Positions 13,359 through 27,889 of a DNA stretch of 59,597 nucleotides are shown one piece after another (position 1 is the stretch's first letter; each line of letters opens with the position of its first letter). The notes under the pieces were generated by a model. It was not told where the DNA came from. It made no database searches and saw only the letters and a program-made list of their open reading frames with translations. Source of the stretch: Octopus bimaculoides (taxonomy: Eukaryota); contig NC_068999.1 in NCBI RefSeq assembly GCF_001194135.2, forward strand, positions 11,030,705-11,090,301, in the 5' to 3' direction. The position numbers were made by a program, and so were the translations under genes.

Positions 13359-14363
13359 GAATGCCATACCTAAAAACATGGTGAAGGATTGCGGACCGGA
13401 ATGTTTTGCTAGATCAAAACACGGCCTTTTTAGTAAAATACAGAGGTAATATCAGATGATAATCGTTGACCTGAAAATTGTCTGTAAGTTATTTCTCAAC
13501 GTTCATCAGCACATAGAACAGTCCTCGCGATATCGTCGGACTATAGATGGTGAGGTTTCCCATGCAATCGACCCTATTGCCTCGCAAGCAATGTACAGTG
13601 ATAGACTGGTCATTATATAAATGATAAATGACAAAATACAGTCTGTACTTCTGCAAGACTTGCAGCACGGCCGTTGACCAATTGCTGTAAGACAGGCTTC
13701 ACAAATGTCAATAAGTCATACTTGATGTTATTGAGTTTCTGGAGATTTTTAACCATGCTCATAAACAGACATAACTTCCTAAAGCAAATTCCCTGAAGTT
13801 CTGCAATAGATACGCCTCTCCCTATCTCTCTCCTATCCTCTCTTCCACTCTCTGTGCTTCTTTCATCCTCTGTCTGTTTGTGTACTTGTGTATGTGTGCG
13901 TGTATGTTATCTATTCGTTTTACAAGATTCCTGATGTGGAATCGTAGGTTGAAAGAGATATAGTTATATTTCGGGATGGTCATTTTATTTTCTTGCCAAA
14001 TAAGCACACGAACGGTAAATTCGTCCTACACTCATTTACTATTGTTCTTATTTTAACTTTCGTCCAGAGAGTAAAAATAAAAAAGAAAGAAACGCTAAAG
14101 ATAAAATAATAGGAAAAAAAAGGTTGAAAAAAAGAATATATAGGGCGTCTGTTTATTTGTCAAGAATAAAATGTCCATCACAAAATATGACAATATAAAA
14201 TACTAGAATTTATTTAGCATCTTTCCCTCTCAGATTGGCACATCTGTAGGATTGGTTCTTCAGGTTTTTAAGCCATGTAAAAGAACACGGTAGGTTGTGC
14301 CTCAAAACGGGCTTTTCGCAATACGATTTAAGCAACGAACATTGCAGCATATCCACTCATGTA

Positions 14364-14448
<85 letters not shown>

Positions 14449-14738
14449 GCAATTGGAGGTATCTAAGGAATCGAGAGGAAGTTGTTGTTTAGGAAGTAGG
14501 AAATTTGCTAGAGTTATAAATACGATGGAATTACAAGAACGTATGCGAAAACATCTAGATTGATCACGAAGAGTCGTTAAGTTGGGCTGTAATAGAATCA
14601 GAATTGAAAATAAGAAATTTAAATAAAACACGTAAATAAAAGAAATTCCTTGGAATTATTATAGTGAAGAGCAATATATGATATATGGGTGCTGGTTCCC
14701 TTCAGCGAATGACTACGGGAGAGAATTGATATGATGTC

Positions 14739-14815
<77 letters not shown>

Positions 14816-15045
14816 NNNNNNNNNNNNNNNNNNNNNNNNNNNNNNNNNNNNNNNNNNNNNNNNNNNNNNNNNNNNNNNNNNNNNNNNNNNNNNNNNNNNN
14901 NNNNNNNNNNNNNNNNNNNNNNNNNNNNNNNNNNNNNNNNNNNNNNNNNNNNNNNNNNNNNNNNNNNNNNNNNNNNNNNNNNNNNNNNNNNNNNNNNNNN
15001 NNNNNNNNNNNNNNNNNNNNNNNNNNNNNNNNNNNNNNNNNNNNN

Positions 15046-15149
<104 letters not shown>

Positions 15150-15599
15150 TGTGTGTGTACATGCATACATCTCTATATATAATACATATATATGTACATA
15201 CCTGCATATACATGTATATATATATCTATATACGTATATATTACATATAACGTATATTTGTGTGTGTATGTGTGAATGTATGTGTATGAGTGTGTGTGTG
15301 TGTGTGTGTTCGTGTGTGTTCGCGCGCGTTCATGTGTGTACGCGCGCGTTGGAGATAAATGCTGCAAATACTGAAAGAAAAATGAAATATGAAATTTAGC
15401 CGAAGTAAAAGAAGGCATATTTTTGAAAAAGTATATTTTAGATGTATATTTTAGAAAAAAAAATCGAATATCTTAAAACATTTGTGAAGAAACGAATGTA
15501 AGAGATATGTAAGACCTGAAATAACTGTGATACAAAATGACAAGAGAGAAATCGTATGCGAGTATGTATATGCACGTGTGTCCGGGTGAGATAGAGAAA

Positions 15600-15607
15600 T
15601 GAGAGAA

Positions 15608-15692
<85 letters not shown>

Positions 15693-15980
15693 TGGAGAGT
15701 GAGAGGGAAACATAGAGAAACATAATGAAAGTATGCGTGTAGAAGCGTGTGTGAGAGAGATTCGATAAAAGAGAAGAGAAAAAAAATAGGAAATTAATGG
15801 GGAAGATAAAAATAAGAAATAAAATAAATTCTTGAAAGTGATGATTAACTATATGGATGAGGAAATAAGGAGAGAATTAAAGAGATTAGAAGATAAATGA
15901 AGAGATTTGGAGAAAGAGAGAGAGAGAAAGAGAGAGAGAGAAAGAGAGAGAGAGAAAGAGAGAGAGAGAAAGAGAGAGAA
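15600..15980. repeat. (GA)n tracts, including higher-order (GAGAGAGAAA)-type units
   Basis: Direct reading. Confidence 0.9.
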
Positions 15981-16512
15981 ATAAACGTAGTTTTAAAGCG
16001 ATATGGCGATAAATAGAACGATTTATAGGAATAAGAGGATAAAAAAGAGTGTTAGGCAGAGACATACAGGGGAGACATACGTAATGCATACATACATACA
16101 CATAAACACGCAGACGCATACACACACACAACACGCACGCACGCACAAACAACCACACACTGATATGTTTATAGATAATTATGTATGCAAGGTTTATATG
16201 TATGTATATATAAACATACGTATATACATACAGGTTCTGTATATTATGCATGTTTTTAGACAATTATCTATCTATCTCTGTCTGTGTGTCTGTTTGTCTA
16301 TATGTAAGGGGATGCGTGTGTGTTTTAGAGAGATAGGTGAATAGATTGATAGATAGATAAATAAGTAGAATGAAAGATAGTATAGATAGCTAGAGAAATA
16401 TATATATATATATATATATACANNNNNNNNNNNNNNNNNNNNNNNNNNNNNNNNNNNNNNNNNNNNNNNNNNNNNNNNNNNNNNNNNNNNNNNNNNNNNN
16501 NNNNNNNNNNNN

Positions 16513-16561
<49 letters not shown>

Positions 16562-16986
16562 TATATATATATATATAGATATATATATAGATATATATAG
16601 ATATATATATAGATAGATAGAAATAGTTTTAATGCAAGTATATAGGAAATATGATAAGATTATAATTTCGATATAGCGAAATGGTGTCAGAAAACAAATG
16701 AGAAATTGGTGGAATGAATGAGAGGGTATAAAGACAAGTTAACTATACTGCAGGTCTGACAAAAATATAGTTATACAGTCATTTTGCTAGGTAGAGAGAC
16801 AAATAGACAGACAGATAGATAGATCGAGAATGAAGGATAGCGAATATGCTATGGCAGTAAAAACGAACAAAAAATTATGGATAAAACAAGGAGTTTAGAA
16901 GATCTGTTGGGGGATATAGGAAATAGGGGACAAATGGATGATATTCGATTTAGAAGGAAAAGAATAGTAATATTCTTGTGTATTTG

Positions 16987-17017
<31 letters not shown>

Positions 17018-17030
17018 ATACATATATTAT

Positions 17031-17069
<39 letters not shown>

Positions 17070-17080
17070 GGAGATAGGGA

Positions 17081-17119
<39 letters not shown>

Positions 17120-17504
17120 AAACACACACACATACACGTACACACGCACACACACAAAGAGTGTGAGAGCGAGACATACATACAGTGAGTGACAACGAGA
17201 TAAACAGACTGATATAGTGTGAAGAAAAAGAGAGGAGAGAAAGAGTAGTGTTAAGTAGGTGACAAATACACAGTGCTTATTATTTTTTTCTCCCTCCTTT
17301 CTCAAAGATGTAGATAGAATATGAAGGGAGGTAATAGAGAGCTTATATAATGAGAAAGATAATAAAAGAGAAACAGAGACGCAAAGAATAACATATTATA
17401 CAGAGAGCCAAGAAGAAACACCGACAGCGATAGAAAAATAAATACAGAAAAAATTAGAGAGTGCATGATGTGAAAACAGAGGGTGAATCTAAAAGAGAGA
17501 GAAA

Positions 17505-17580
17505 AACAAAGATGGCAGATGAGATTACACTTAGTATAATCCAATGTCAGTAATCTCTCTGTCAGGCAACACTAATCCGA
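17505..17580. promoter_or_regulatory. Candidate enhancer: K50-homeodomain and TALE site cluster
   Basis: AGATTA 17522, TAATCC 17537, TGTCA 17545, TAATCT 17551, TGTCA 17560, TAATCC 17573. Confidence 0.35.
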
Positions 17581-17986
17581 TTGTTGTTTTTCTTTCGAAT
17601 TTGTTATTGTTATTTTTCTGTATTTTTCTATGTTGCTATGTTTTGTTTTTCTCCCCATCTTCAAGCAAACAAGCGAGTTTTCACCAAACTGACTTTAAGG
17701 AGCGCCGATATTGCAATAAATATAGAGCCGCTGGCTAAATCTGTTTTTGTTTTCCGATTGTTGCTACTGTTGGTTTGTCTGTGTGTGCATGTGTGCATTT
17801 AAGACTATATGTATGCTTGTACTTAACTGCACGCGCGCGCACACACACACACACACATACACATGTACACACACAAATATAAATATGAGTGTGTGTATAC
17901 GTATAACCGTACATAAAAGATATACATAATAATGCATACATATAACTATATATGTAAGCACACACGCATCTATATATCTATCTATA

Positions 17987-18025
<39 letters not shown>

Positions 18026-19654
18026 ATACATATATATATATATATATCTATACACTCTCTCTTTCCTTTCCTGAGCGTCCAATAATACTATCCATATCAC
18101 GTCCTCACTTTGTTGTTTTTTTGTTTTTTTGTTATTGTGTTTTTGAACTATATATNNNNNNNNNNNNNNNNNNNNNNNNNNNNNNNNNNNNNNNNNNNNN
18201 NNNNNNNNNNNNNNNNNNNNNNNNNNNNNNNNNNNNNNNNNNNNNNNNNNNNNNNNNNNNNNNNNNNNNNNNNNNNNNNNNNNNNNNNNNNNNNNNNNNN
18301 NNNNNNNNNNNNNNNNNNNNNNNNNNNNNNNNNNNNNNNNNNNNNNNNNNNNNNNNNNNNNNNNNNNNNNNNNNNNNNNNNNNNNNNNNNNNNNNNNNNN
18401 NNNNNNNNNNNNNNNNNNNNNNNNNNNNNNNNNNNNNNNNNNNNNNNNNNNNNNNNNNNNNNNNNNNNNNNNNNNNNNNNNNNNNNNNNNNNNNNNNNNN
18501 NNNNNNNNNNNNNNNNNNNNNNNNNNNNNNNNNNNNNNNNNNNNNNNNNNNNNNNNNNNNNNNNNNNNNNNNNNNNNNNNNNNNNNNNNNNNNNNNNNNN
18601 NNNNNNNNNNNNNNNNNNNNNNNNNNNNNNNNNNNNNNNNNNNNNNNNNNNNNNNNNNNNNNNNNNNNNNNNNNNNNNNNNNNNNNNNNNNNNNNNNNNN
18701 NNNNNNNNNNNNNNNNNNNNNNNNNNNNNNNNNNNNNNNNNNNNNNNNNNNNNNNNNNNNNNNNNNNNNNNNNNNNNNNNNNNNNATATATATATATATA
18801 TATATATATACACACGCATACACACATACATAAACATAATACATATCTGCGTGCTTTTGTGTGCTTGTGTGGGTGTGTATGTCTCCGTGCGTATGTGTGT
18901 GTGTATGTGTACGCGCCTTTGCACGTATATCGTGAGGTACTTGCTGGACTTAACGGTCGATGCGAAAATACCAATTAGATTCTCTCGGTAAATTAGAATA
19001 AGCCCCGCAGGGCATGTTATCCAATATACCAGAGAGAAGCTGCAAGAGAGAGAGAGAGAGAGGAGGGAAAAAACAGACAAAGAGGGAGAGGAGATTTATG
19101 CAGGGAGAGGGAAAAGCGAAAGAGTGAGAAAGAGTGCGGAGGCTAAAATGAGATTGTCAAATTCGCCTCTTGTGTGTTTTACTCCTTAGCAGGTCTTCGT
19201 TAAGCAAAGGTGGCGTCTTTGCTGTTTGTGGCGTTGCTTTCCTAAGGATTGTCATTGTGTAGTGGTGCAGGTGGTGGTATTAATGCCGCTAATGATGGGA
19301 ATATTATTGACAGAGGTGATACGAATGTTAATACCTCACGGGGTTGGGTGGTGTTTGTAGCTCTTGTGAGTTGAGGCACTATATCTTGCAAATCATTTTA
19401 CGGTAGATCTATAAGACTGGGGTTGGATTAGCGTTGCCATGGGTGCTGGATTAGTGGTGTTGTTATAATGTTAGCTGCGCATAAAGCGATGCTCGCAGAT
19501 GAGGTGTCTACGAGTGGTGTTAATGAAGGTGTTTATCGTGGAGTTGTGTCGAAATGTATTGGTGGTTATGTGAGGTGGGTCGGCAGTGAAGTAAATATTC
19601 CTAGAAATGGCGATGTTCTTTTATGTATCTTGTGTATTTTATGTTTTCAATTGG

Positions 19655-19905
19655 TAATTTTTTGATCGACCCAGAAATGATGAAAAGCTAAGTCTGCCTT
19701 CAGAGAATTTGATCTCAGAACGTAAAGGGAGACCAAATGGCGCTGGGAAATTTGTCCAGGTTGCTAACGATTCTGCCACCTCACAGCCTAGCAACGCTAC
19801 TAATATTAGTTTGAAATGTTGGCACAAGGCCAGCAATTTCAGGGTAGTTCATACATTGACCCCGGTGTTCAACTGGTACTTATTTGATCTACCTAAAAAG
19901 AATAA
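19655..19905 (-). mobile_element. Two diverged SINE B fragments
   Basis: gatcgacccagaaatgatgaaaagc...tttgatctcagaacgt...gctaacgattctgccacc, then ttggcacaaggccagcaattt...aactggtacttatttgatc. Confidence 0.7.
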
Positions 19906-20040
19906 AAGGCCTACTCTTGGAATATAAAATTATAAAAGATTTTCAGATGGTCATGCCTTTAATGATTACTTTCTTTTATTTACTTTTACATACTTAATTA
20001 ATAATTAGCTTTCCCCATCATAATATAAATAGATCTAAAG

Positions 20041-20188
20041 GACGGGCTTCTCTCAGGTTCCGTATACCAAATTCACTCACATGGGTTTGGTCGGCCCAAG
20101 GCTTGTTCAAACTACCACGCCGTTGGACTGAACCCAGAGCCATGTGGTTAGGAAGAAAGCTTCTCACCACACAACCACGATTGCGCCA
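20041..20188 (-). mobile_element. SINE family A, 5' half
   Basis: gacgggcttc...ggtcggcccaaggc...ggactgaacccagagccatgtggttagg...ttctcaccacac. Confidence 0.8.
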
Positions 20189-20439
20189 ATATATGCTCAA
20201 ATCCATTGTCATGTTGTCCAGGGAGTTTTATCCCTATTGGGGACACCCGAAACCATAATACAGAAATCGTTTCTCTAGATATCTTACGGTGTCACTTGAG
20301 AGACTAAATACCGTCTATTACTATGAGGTTATATGACCAGGTCTGTTTTTTTTTTGTTTTTTTTTTTTTTTTTGGTGCAGGACTCACGTTGTCTTCGTTT
20401 TAGCTGTTGGTTTGCTGTTGCAATAATCAGAACGTCGGT

Positions 20440-21085
20440 TGTAATTCAAGTGCTGTTGCTGTAATTGATATTTAGATGAAAGGGAAATGTTGGTGTTGAT
20501 ACGGTAAGCAATGTTGTTTCCGCTCGTGATGATGATGATGGTGATGATGATAAGATAAAGACGGCGTTGGTACTGGTGTCCTTCGTGATGGTAGTAATAA
20601 TGATGATGATGATGACGGCGACGATGACAAAGACGACGATGAGGATTACAAAGATGATTCTGACGACGATGATGATGATGATGAAGATAATGATGATGAT
20701 GTTGGTGGTGGTTGCGGTGAAGATGGTGGTGGCGGTGGTGGTGGTGGTGAAGGTGAGGATGATGATGATTTTGAAGATGAGGAGGAGGAGGTTGACGGAT
20801 ATAATGATGATGATCATAGTGCTGATGATGATGATGATGATGAGAATAATGATGATGATGATGTTGATGATAATGATGACGACGACGACGACGACGACGA
20901 CGACGATGATGATGATGATGTCGATGATGATGATGATGAGGAGGAGGAGGAGGAGGAGGAAGAGGAAGAGGAGAGGGAGCAGCAACAGCAGCAGCAGCAG
21001 CAGCAGAAGGATGGCAATGATGATGATGATGACAAAGATTACGATCATGATAATGTTGTTGCTGCTGATTATCACAAAGGTGGGG

Positions 21086-21130
<45 letters not shown>

Positions 21131-21190
21131 CGATGACGACGACGACGACGACGATGATTGTGATGATGATGATGATGATGATGATGATGG
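20440..21190. repeat. About 750-bp compound trinucleotide array (GAT/GAC/GGT/GAG/CAG)
   Basis: Successive pure and mixed triplet runs; yields poly-M, -H, -I, -S ORFs in several frames. Confidence 0.95.
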
Positions 21191-23719
21191 CGATTTTAAG
21201 CAGTGATTTGTTTGCTGTGAGGGAAAGAGTGGTGTTACCACGGCTGGTATTAACCAGGATGGAAAGGGGAAGCTTTCGGTAAATTGGTGAAGGGTGACCA
21301 GCGTAAAAAAAAATGAAGCGGGGTGTGTGAGAGGAAAACCCCAGTAAATAGTTAAAGGAATAAGGGTTGTGGTGGTGGTGGTGGTGGTGCTGGGAGTGTA
21401 TGGAATGGAGAAATGATTGCCTAAAAGGTGTAAGACATGTCACTCTGGTCGTGGGAAGCCCTTGAGAAAAATTGGAGGGTGTAACGTGAGGCGGACATCG
21501 CACAATGCAAACAATAACACTTTTAACAGTCGTCGCTAGGTGTGTGTACTATTACCGGATTGAAACGGTTAAACAAATACACACACGCACACACGTAGAC
21601 ACATCCGTATATATATTAAAGACACATGCGCGAGCATGCACACAAACACACGTACACTCGAGCACAGATACACACACACACACACATGCACTGAAGTAAA
21701 CAGAGGCATAGGTTAATATACGCACATATAAAGACACACACAAAGAAAGACATTGACTGTTCCAGAAAGGACAGAATATGTGTGCATAATAGCTGTATAA
21801 ACGTTCGCACTATACTCATACATCATACATCTATACACGCATACACACGTAAATACACACATATATATATATGAATATATATATATATATATATATANNN
21901 NNNNNNNNNNNNNNNNNNNNNNNNNNNNNNNNNNNNNNNNNNNNNNNNNNNNNNNNNNNNNNNNNNNNNNNNNNNNNNNNNNNNNNNNNNNNNNNNNNNN
22001 NNNNNNNNNNNNNNNNNNNNNNNNNNNNNNNNNNNNNNNNNNNNNNNNNNNNNNNNNNNNNNNNNNNNNNNNNNNNNNNNNNNNNNNNNNNNNNNNNNNN
22101 NNNNNNNNNNNNNNNNNNNNNNNNNNNNNNNNNNNNNNNNNNNNNNNNNNNNNNNNNNNNNNNNNNNNNNNNNNNNNNNNNNNNNNNNNNNNNNNNNNNN
22201 NNNNNNNNNNNNNNNNNNNNNNNNNNNNNNNNNNNNNNNNNNNNNNNNNNNNNNNNNNNNNNNNNNNNNNNNNNNNNNNNNNNNNNNNNNNNNNNNNNNN
22301 NNNNNNNNNNNNNNNNNNNNNNNNNNNNNNNNNNNNNNNNNNNNNNNNNNNNNNNNNNNNNNNNNNNNNNNNNNNNNNNNNNNNNNNNNNNNNNNNNNNN
22401 NNNNNNNNNNNNNNNNNNNNNNNNNNNNNNNNNNNNNNNNNNNNTATATATATATATATATTTATATATACATTTTCCCATTCCAATGTATTACTTATTC
22501 ACAAATATGCACTGTTATATATATATATAAGTTTGTGCAGAGGCGATACCATGGCCAATGAAATAAATCCGAGGCGTGGTTATTGCTAGTTGAAAATTTA
22601 TATATATATTCAAACGTAAGATCCAAGGATCAAAGTGTAGGAAGTTGGAAGCTTCGACGAATCCATTGAAGGTATAGAAACAAATTTCAAGAACATTAGC
22701 AGTTTGTTGACGTATAAGGTCGTAATTTGTTCCTTTATTGAGGTTCTATAAGCTGAATAACCTTATTTTATAGCTTACGGATAGTAACTAGTTTTACTGA
22801 GAATGCGAATAAAATTAAGGAATGGCGTAGGTAAAACACAGGCTACATAGGTTCTATAGCTAACAGAACCGCTAAATCAGTCATTGCCCAAATGAGAGCT
22901 AATCCGCTTGCTACTCTTAGTGTCGAAGATACCATAATCAAATGAAGCTTACATTGTCGTCGAAGGATCTCATGTTAACTCGCAGGAGACTCAGTCGAAA
23001 AAGCGTGGAAAGTACAGAGTTAGAGAAGAAAATGGAAAGCATATTTGTGAAGAAGTAATACATGGGAGTGTGTAAATGTTTAAACTTAAGGAAAAAAATA
23101 AGATTACGAAAAAGAAAAGGAGACGGGGACGAATAGGTGAAAACCTTTGGTATTATTGAAGCTGGCTAAGGGAATATCTTTGTGAATATACAAGTAATTA
23201 TATTGGTACGCTGTAAATACAGTTAAACAGAGTAAAAAATGAAAGATGTAGGAGTGGTATAGATTTAGAATTGGTTAGGAGACGAGGGAAAAATATGAAG
23301 ATGCGAGATAATGTTTTGGTCTGTAGGGGAACATAGCTGTTCCAGGCGAATTTTAAAATTATATAAGCGCATATTTGTGTGCACGCGTTTATTTTTTGAG
23401 AGCACCTGTAGTATCTGGTTGGTGTGTATGCGCTTGTGGGCGCTAGTATATTGTCCTGTACAGAAGGAAGGTGTAAGGAGAGAAATATTAGGGAAAATAT
23501 AAGGTATAAAAAGATAGAGTAATAAAATAATGAAAAAAATGCATCGGAGGGGTGATACATACTCTGCGCGCACAAGAATAAAATAAGATTTAATTTAATA
23601 AGTATATTCTCAGATGAATTCGTATTTGAATAAAATTACATGAAGACTTATTTCCCGTACTTAGTTTTTATGCATATGTCAAAAAGAAAAAAAATCGATT
23701 CACCTGTCCGCTAGTTTTG

Positions 23720-23895
23720 AAGATAATGAAACTAAAATTTTGTGAATTCGAACCACTTACGCAATGAGTATTTCAACCTAATTTAGTGAAAATCTGTTCA
23801 GCCATTTTCCAGTAGTTTTGCAAAGACACACACCAACAAACAGATCAAGGCAAACGACTATAATAACCCTGCTTCGCTTACAAGTACAGGGTCAA
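23720..23895 (+). mobile_element. Possible Helentron/DINE-1-like non-autonomous element, 3' end
   Basis: gtgaaaatctgttcagccatttt...acacacaccaacaaacag...tataata, then terminal stem accctg (23866-71) / cagggt (23887-92). This motif order is recalled from DINE-1/HINE elements. Confidence 0.35.
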
Positions 23896-24904
23896 AGAAT
23901 TATGAAAATAAAAATGAAAAATAAGACTACCCTATTCCAGACATAATATCAAACGGCAGAATGAGACTTCATGCAGCAGTGGACTGATATTAACAATATA
24001 CTTCATAGAATAGCCAGGTTGTTATAATTGCAGCATGGCAATGGTATATCATATATTCGAAGTCAGAGTAGTTGTAGAATTAAATATGCACCTCAAGAAA
24101 ACAAATATGCTGCAAATTCAGCTGTACTTTACCTACAAGGGGAGTTCTACAAAAAGTTACATATATGAAGAATTAATAAATTACGTAGAGAAAATTTCAG
24201 ATATCTACCTGAGCAATATTTCATTGCATAGCTTAATCTACGTTTCTTCACCTGAAGGTCATTTCATCTCCAAAGAGAAAATGTCAGGATTCCTGGAGGT
24301 ACTTCAGAGATTCAGCCAGGGAATTTGTTTTCAGATTCAGAAATTCTTTGATTATGCATATTGATTTAATGATGCTAACGTTACAACAACATAAAGCTAT
24401 CATTTATATACAACCAATTGCTTTTTTACGAGAAGAATATTTTCTTTACAAATGATGCGGACAATTCAGGTGAGAAACACGTAATATATGGAAATGCAGA
24501 AAAATAAAAGATTAAAAAAACCTATCTATATTCATTAGCCCAAAAATAGAGACCATCGATGTTACAATGGTCTCTAGTTATGTGAATTTTGACGACAGCG
24601 TATCTAGTGTTTGAGAAAGAAGTGCATTTTTTTAGTACTTAGTAACATGCAGTTACATTCTCGGTTTGTGTTCGTCAGAATCCTTGTGTATATCAATACC
24701 TCAGGGGTCAATAAAACAAATACAAGTGAAGTATTCAATTTCTGCTCTCTGCAAATAAAATTTTTACGTATACAACTGCTTAGAAAAATAGGGATTAATG
24801 TATAATTTCTTTCTTTGTTCATAATTAAATCAATGTTTTAATGATTACACAGAGATCCAATAGAGTAGGTCTCAGAAACAGACTACGTATAAATTCGTTA
24901 GTTA

Positions 24905-24923
24905 GATAGATAGATAGATAGAC

Positions 24924-24996
<73 letters not shown>
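24905..24996. repeat. (GATA)n microsatellite
   Basis: Direct reading. Confidence 0.95.
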
Positions 24997-26408
24997 CAAA
25001 TGTACCTAATCATACATAATATATGAACAATGGATTATGAAACTGTCTTGAAAGTGTCTTAAATTTGGAAGAAATGTAAGATGCATAAACAAGTTAACTG
25101 TTCGAATTCCTTACAAGAATTTACAGAACCAAAAAAAGCATATAAACAAAAACCTATTCTCTTTGACATGCACACATATCAATTTCTCTACATAGTCATA
25201 TATTTTCGTGTATATGTTTTTGCTTCAGTGTGTGCGTGTACAAATTGTGCATAGTGTCTCAAAGTTACAACTTGATTAAGATAACAAGTCTTTAAGAACC
25301 TAAATTCCATAGAAAACTTAGCATTTATTTGCTTCTTTTGGTAAGCTACATTGTTTTTTATATTTGTTAGATTTTTCAGTGATGTAATTAAACGAAATTT
25401 ACGTCATACGAAGTTTATATAACTCAGTGAAGTTTTATAACTTTCGTCTATCTAAACGTCGCCTCTCATTTTTCCTCTTTTAATAATATTTTCCATGATT
25501 TTTTTTTCTTTATTATAAATTTGAATATCAATTTCTTCTGTGTCATAGAATACATAACATAAAAATACCAATAGTGTAGCTTTGTAAAATATTTCCTTAC
25601 TGATTTCACTAAAATATTTTTCTACACTATGCATATTTCGCTTTGTTTTCTCTTCTTATAAATCTTTCTTAATTATGTTGATAGTGTTTTATCACATTCT
25701 AGAATATTCTTGTTAATTATAATACTGCATTAATTATTTACTACCATAGCGTGAGAGCAAAATAACGTCTACTGTAATATGCTTACGTTTTAATTAAGTT
25801 GTTATCAATATATGTAATACGCTAGTGTCGCTGTATATATAATTTCTTTAATAACACTGTTCCGTTGGAAGTTGTTCAAATGTGCTCTACTTTATAAGAT
25901 TTATACTTTCTACCCCATAGGACACGAGCTGTGGCCTTTTTGCTTGCTTTTTTGTATGTCTCTTAATGCTTGATGAAACAGTTTCTAAATTGACCAACTG
26001 CGTCTCTACTCTCTTGTTGTACTAGCGTCTCAAATTAGTTCTGTTTGTCTTTTGTACTTGAAAGTTCATTGATTCCTTGCTTATCTAATCCTATTTTAAA
26101 TATAAGATTTTACATTAACTTACATAGAAAATAACGTAATGCGAATTTTCACATAGGTCACGCTGCTCTGGGGAAATTAAATAACAAATGGAGTGGACGT
26201 GAATGAGAATTACGGACGCTAAATGCAACCAAAGTGTGATGAGATGATTTGCTCTGAAGTCACCGATATTTTAATCAAAATGAACCTAAATTTCTATGTT
26301 AATTTCATCTATTTTGAGCACTTTTTTTATTGCTGTTAATTTTATCTGTTTTAAACACTCTTTTTCAAAATATCGTGCAAGTAACATTTATAAAGGATAT
26401 TTTTTTAT

Positions 26409-26652
26409 TCTTTTACTCTTTTACTTGTTTCACTAATTTGGCAGCGGCCATGCTGTAGCACTACCTTAAAAGGTCCTTTGTCGTAGAAAAATATCGATCC
26501 CAGGATTTATTCTTTGTAAGGCTAGTACTTATTCTTTCAGTCCCTTTCGGTCCCTTCTTTCGGGACTTAAACACACCAACATCGGATCTCAAGCGATGGT
26601 GGGGGACAAACATAGACACAAAGACACACACACACACATACACACACACACA

Positions 26653-26708
<56 letters not shown>

Positions 26709-27254
26709 NNNNNNNNNNNNNNNNNNNNNNNNNNNNNNNNNNNNNNNNNNNNNNNNNNNNNNNNNNNNNNNNNNNNNNNNNNNNNNNNNNNNNNNNNNNN
26801 NNNNNNNNNNNNNNNNNNNNNNNNNNNNNNNNNNNNNNNNNNNNNNNNNNNNNNNNNNNNNNNNNNNNNNNNNNNNNNNNNNNNNNNNNNNNNNNNNNNN
26901 NNNNNNNNNNNNNNNNNNNNNNNNNNNNNNNNNNNNNNNNNNNNNNNNNNNNNNNNNNNNNNNNNNNNNNNNNNNNNNNNNNNNNNNNNNNNNNNNNNNN
27001 NNNNNNNNNNNNNNNNNNNNNNNNNNNNNNNNNNNNNNNNNNNNNNNNNNNNNNNNNNNNNNTATATATATATACATACACGTGCACACGCACACATACA
27101 CACACGCATATCCGTCTATCAAATCCACTCACAAGGTTTGGTAGGCCCGAGGTTATTGCAGAAGAAATTTGTCCAAGGTTCCATGCAGTAGGCCTGAATC
27201 TGGAACCATGTGATCGGAAGGCAAGCTTCTTACCACACAGACACGCTTGGGCCT
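26409..27254 (-). mobile_element. SINE family A, full length, with gapped internal (CA)n/(TA)n
   Basis: Tail cttttactcttttacttgtttca at the left; head aaatccactcacaagg...ggcaagcttcttaccacacag at the right. Confidence 0.85.
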
Positions 27255-27429
27255 GTATAAGCTTTCACTTATTTTTCATCCTTTTTTTGTCCGATTTTTA
27301 ATGTTTCTCATTCCTAAGACTGACCCTTATTTCTTTTTCCAAAACGACATTCAGATGCATTATATGAGCACATTCCGAGAAACTGTTATTGTATCTAAGC
27401 GTCTATAACCATAAATCACAAATATACAT

Positions 27430-27604
<175 letters not shown>

Positions 27605-27754
27605 ATGACACATGAATAAATAATTATCTTATGAACATCATTAGCCTACAACTGTTTCTACTAAAATGATGCATTGGTCTAAATCTTTTACAGTGGATAC
27701 ACACCTTCATCTATATTAAAATGTATATAAATAAATATATATATATATGTATGT

Positions 27755-27823
<69 letters not shown>

Positions 27824-27854
27824 TACATATATATATATATGTATGTATGTACAC

Positions 27855-27889
<35 letters not shown>

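Noticed and set aside
13440-13800. Splice-like signals (gtct|gtaagt, gatg|gtgagg) and an open minus-strand frame (MVKNLQKLNNIKYDLLTFVKPVLQQL)
   Set aside because: Signals do not combine into a consistent exon and no homology is recognised.
20384-21282. His-, Met-, Ile- and Ser-rich ORFs of up to 285 aa
   Set aside because: Compound triplet repeat that is open in several frames on both strands; no domain or splice support.
24035-24364. 109-aa ORF
   Set aside because: No recognisable motif, AT-rich codon use and no clear splice boundaries.
24548-24577. 10-bp hairpin tagagaccat/atggtctcta
   Set aside because: Too short for a pre-miRNA, and likely by chance in a window this size.
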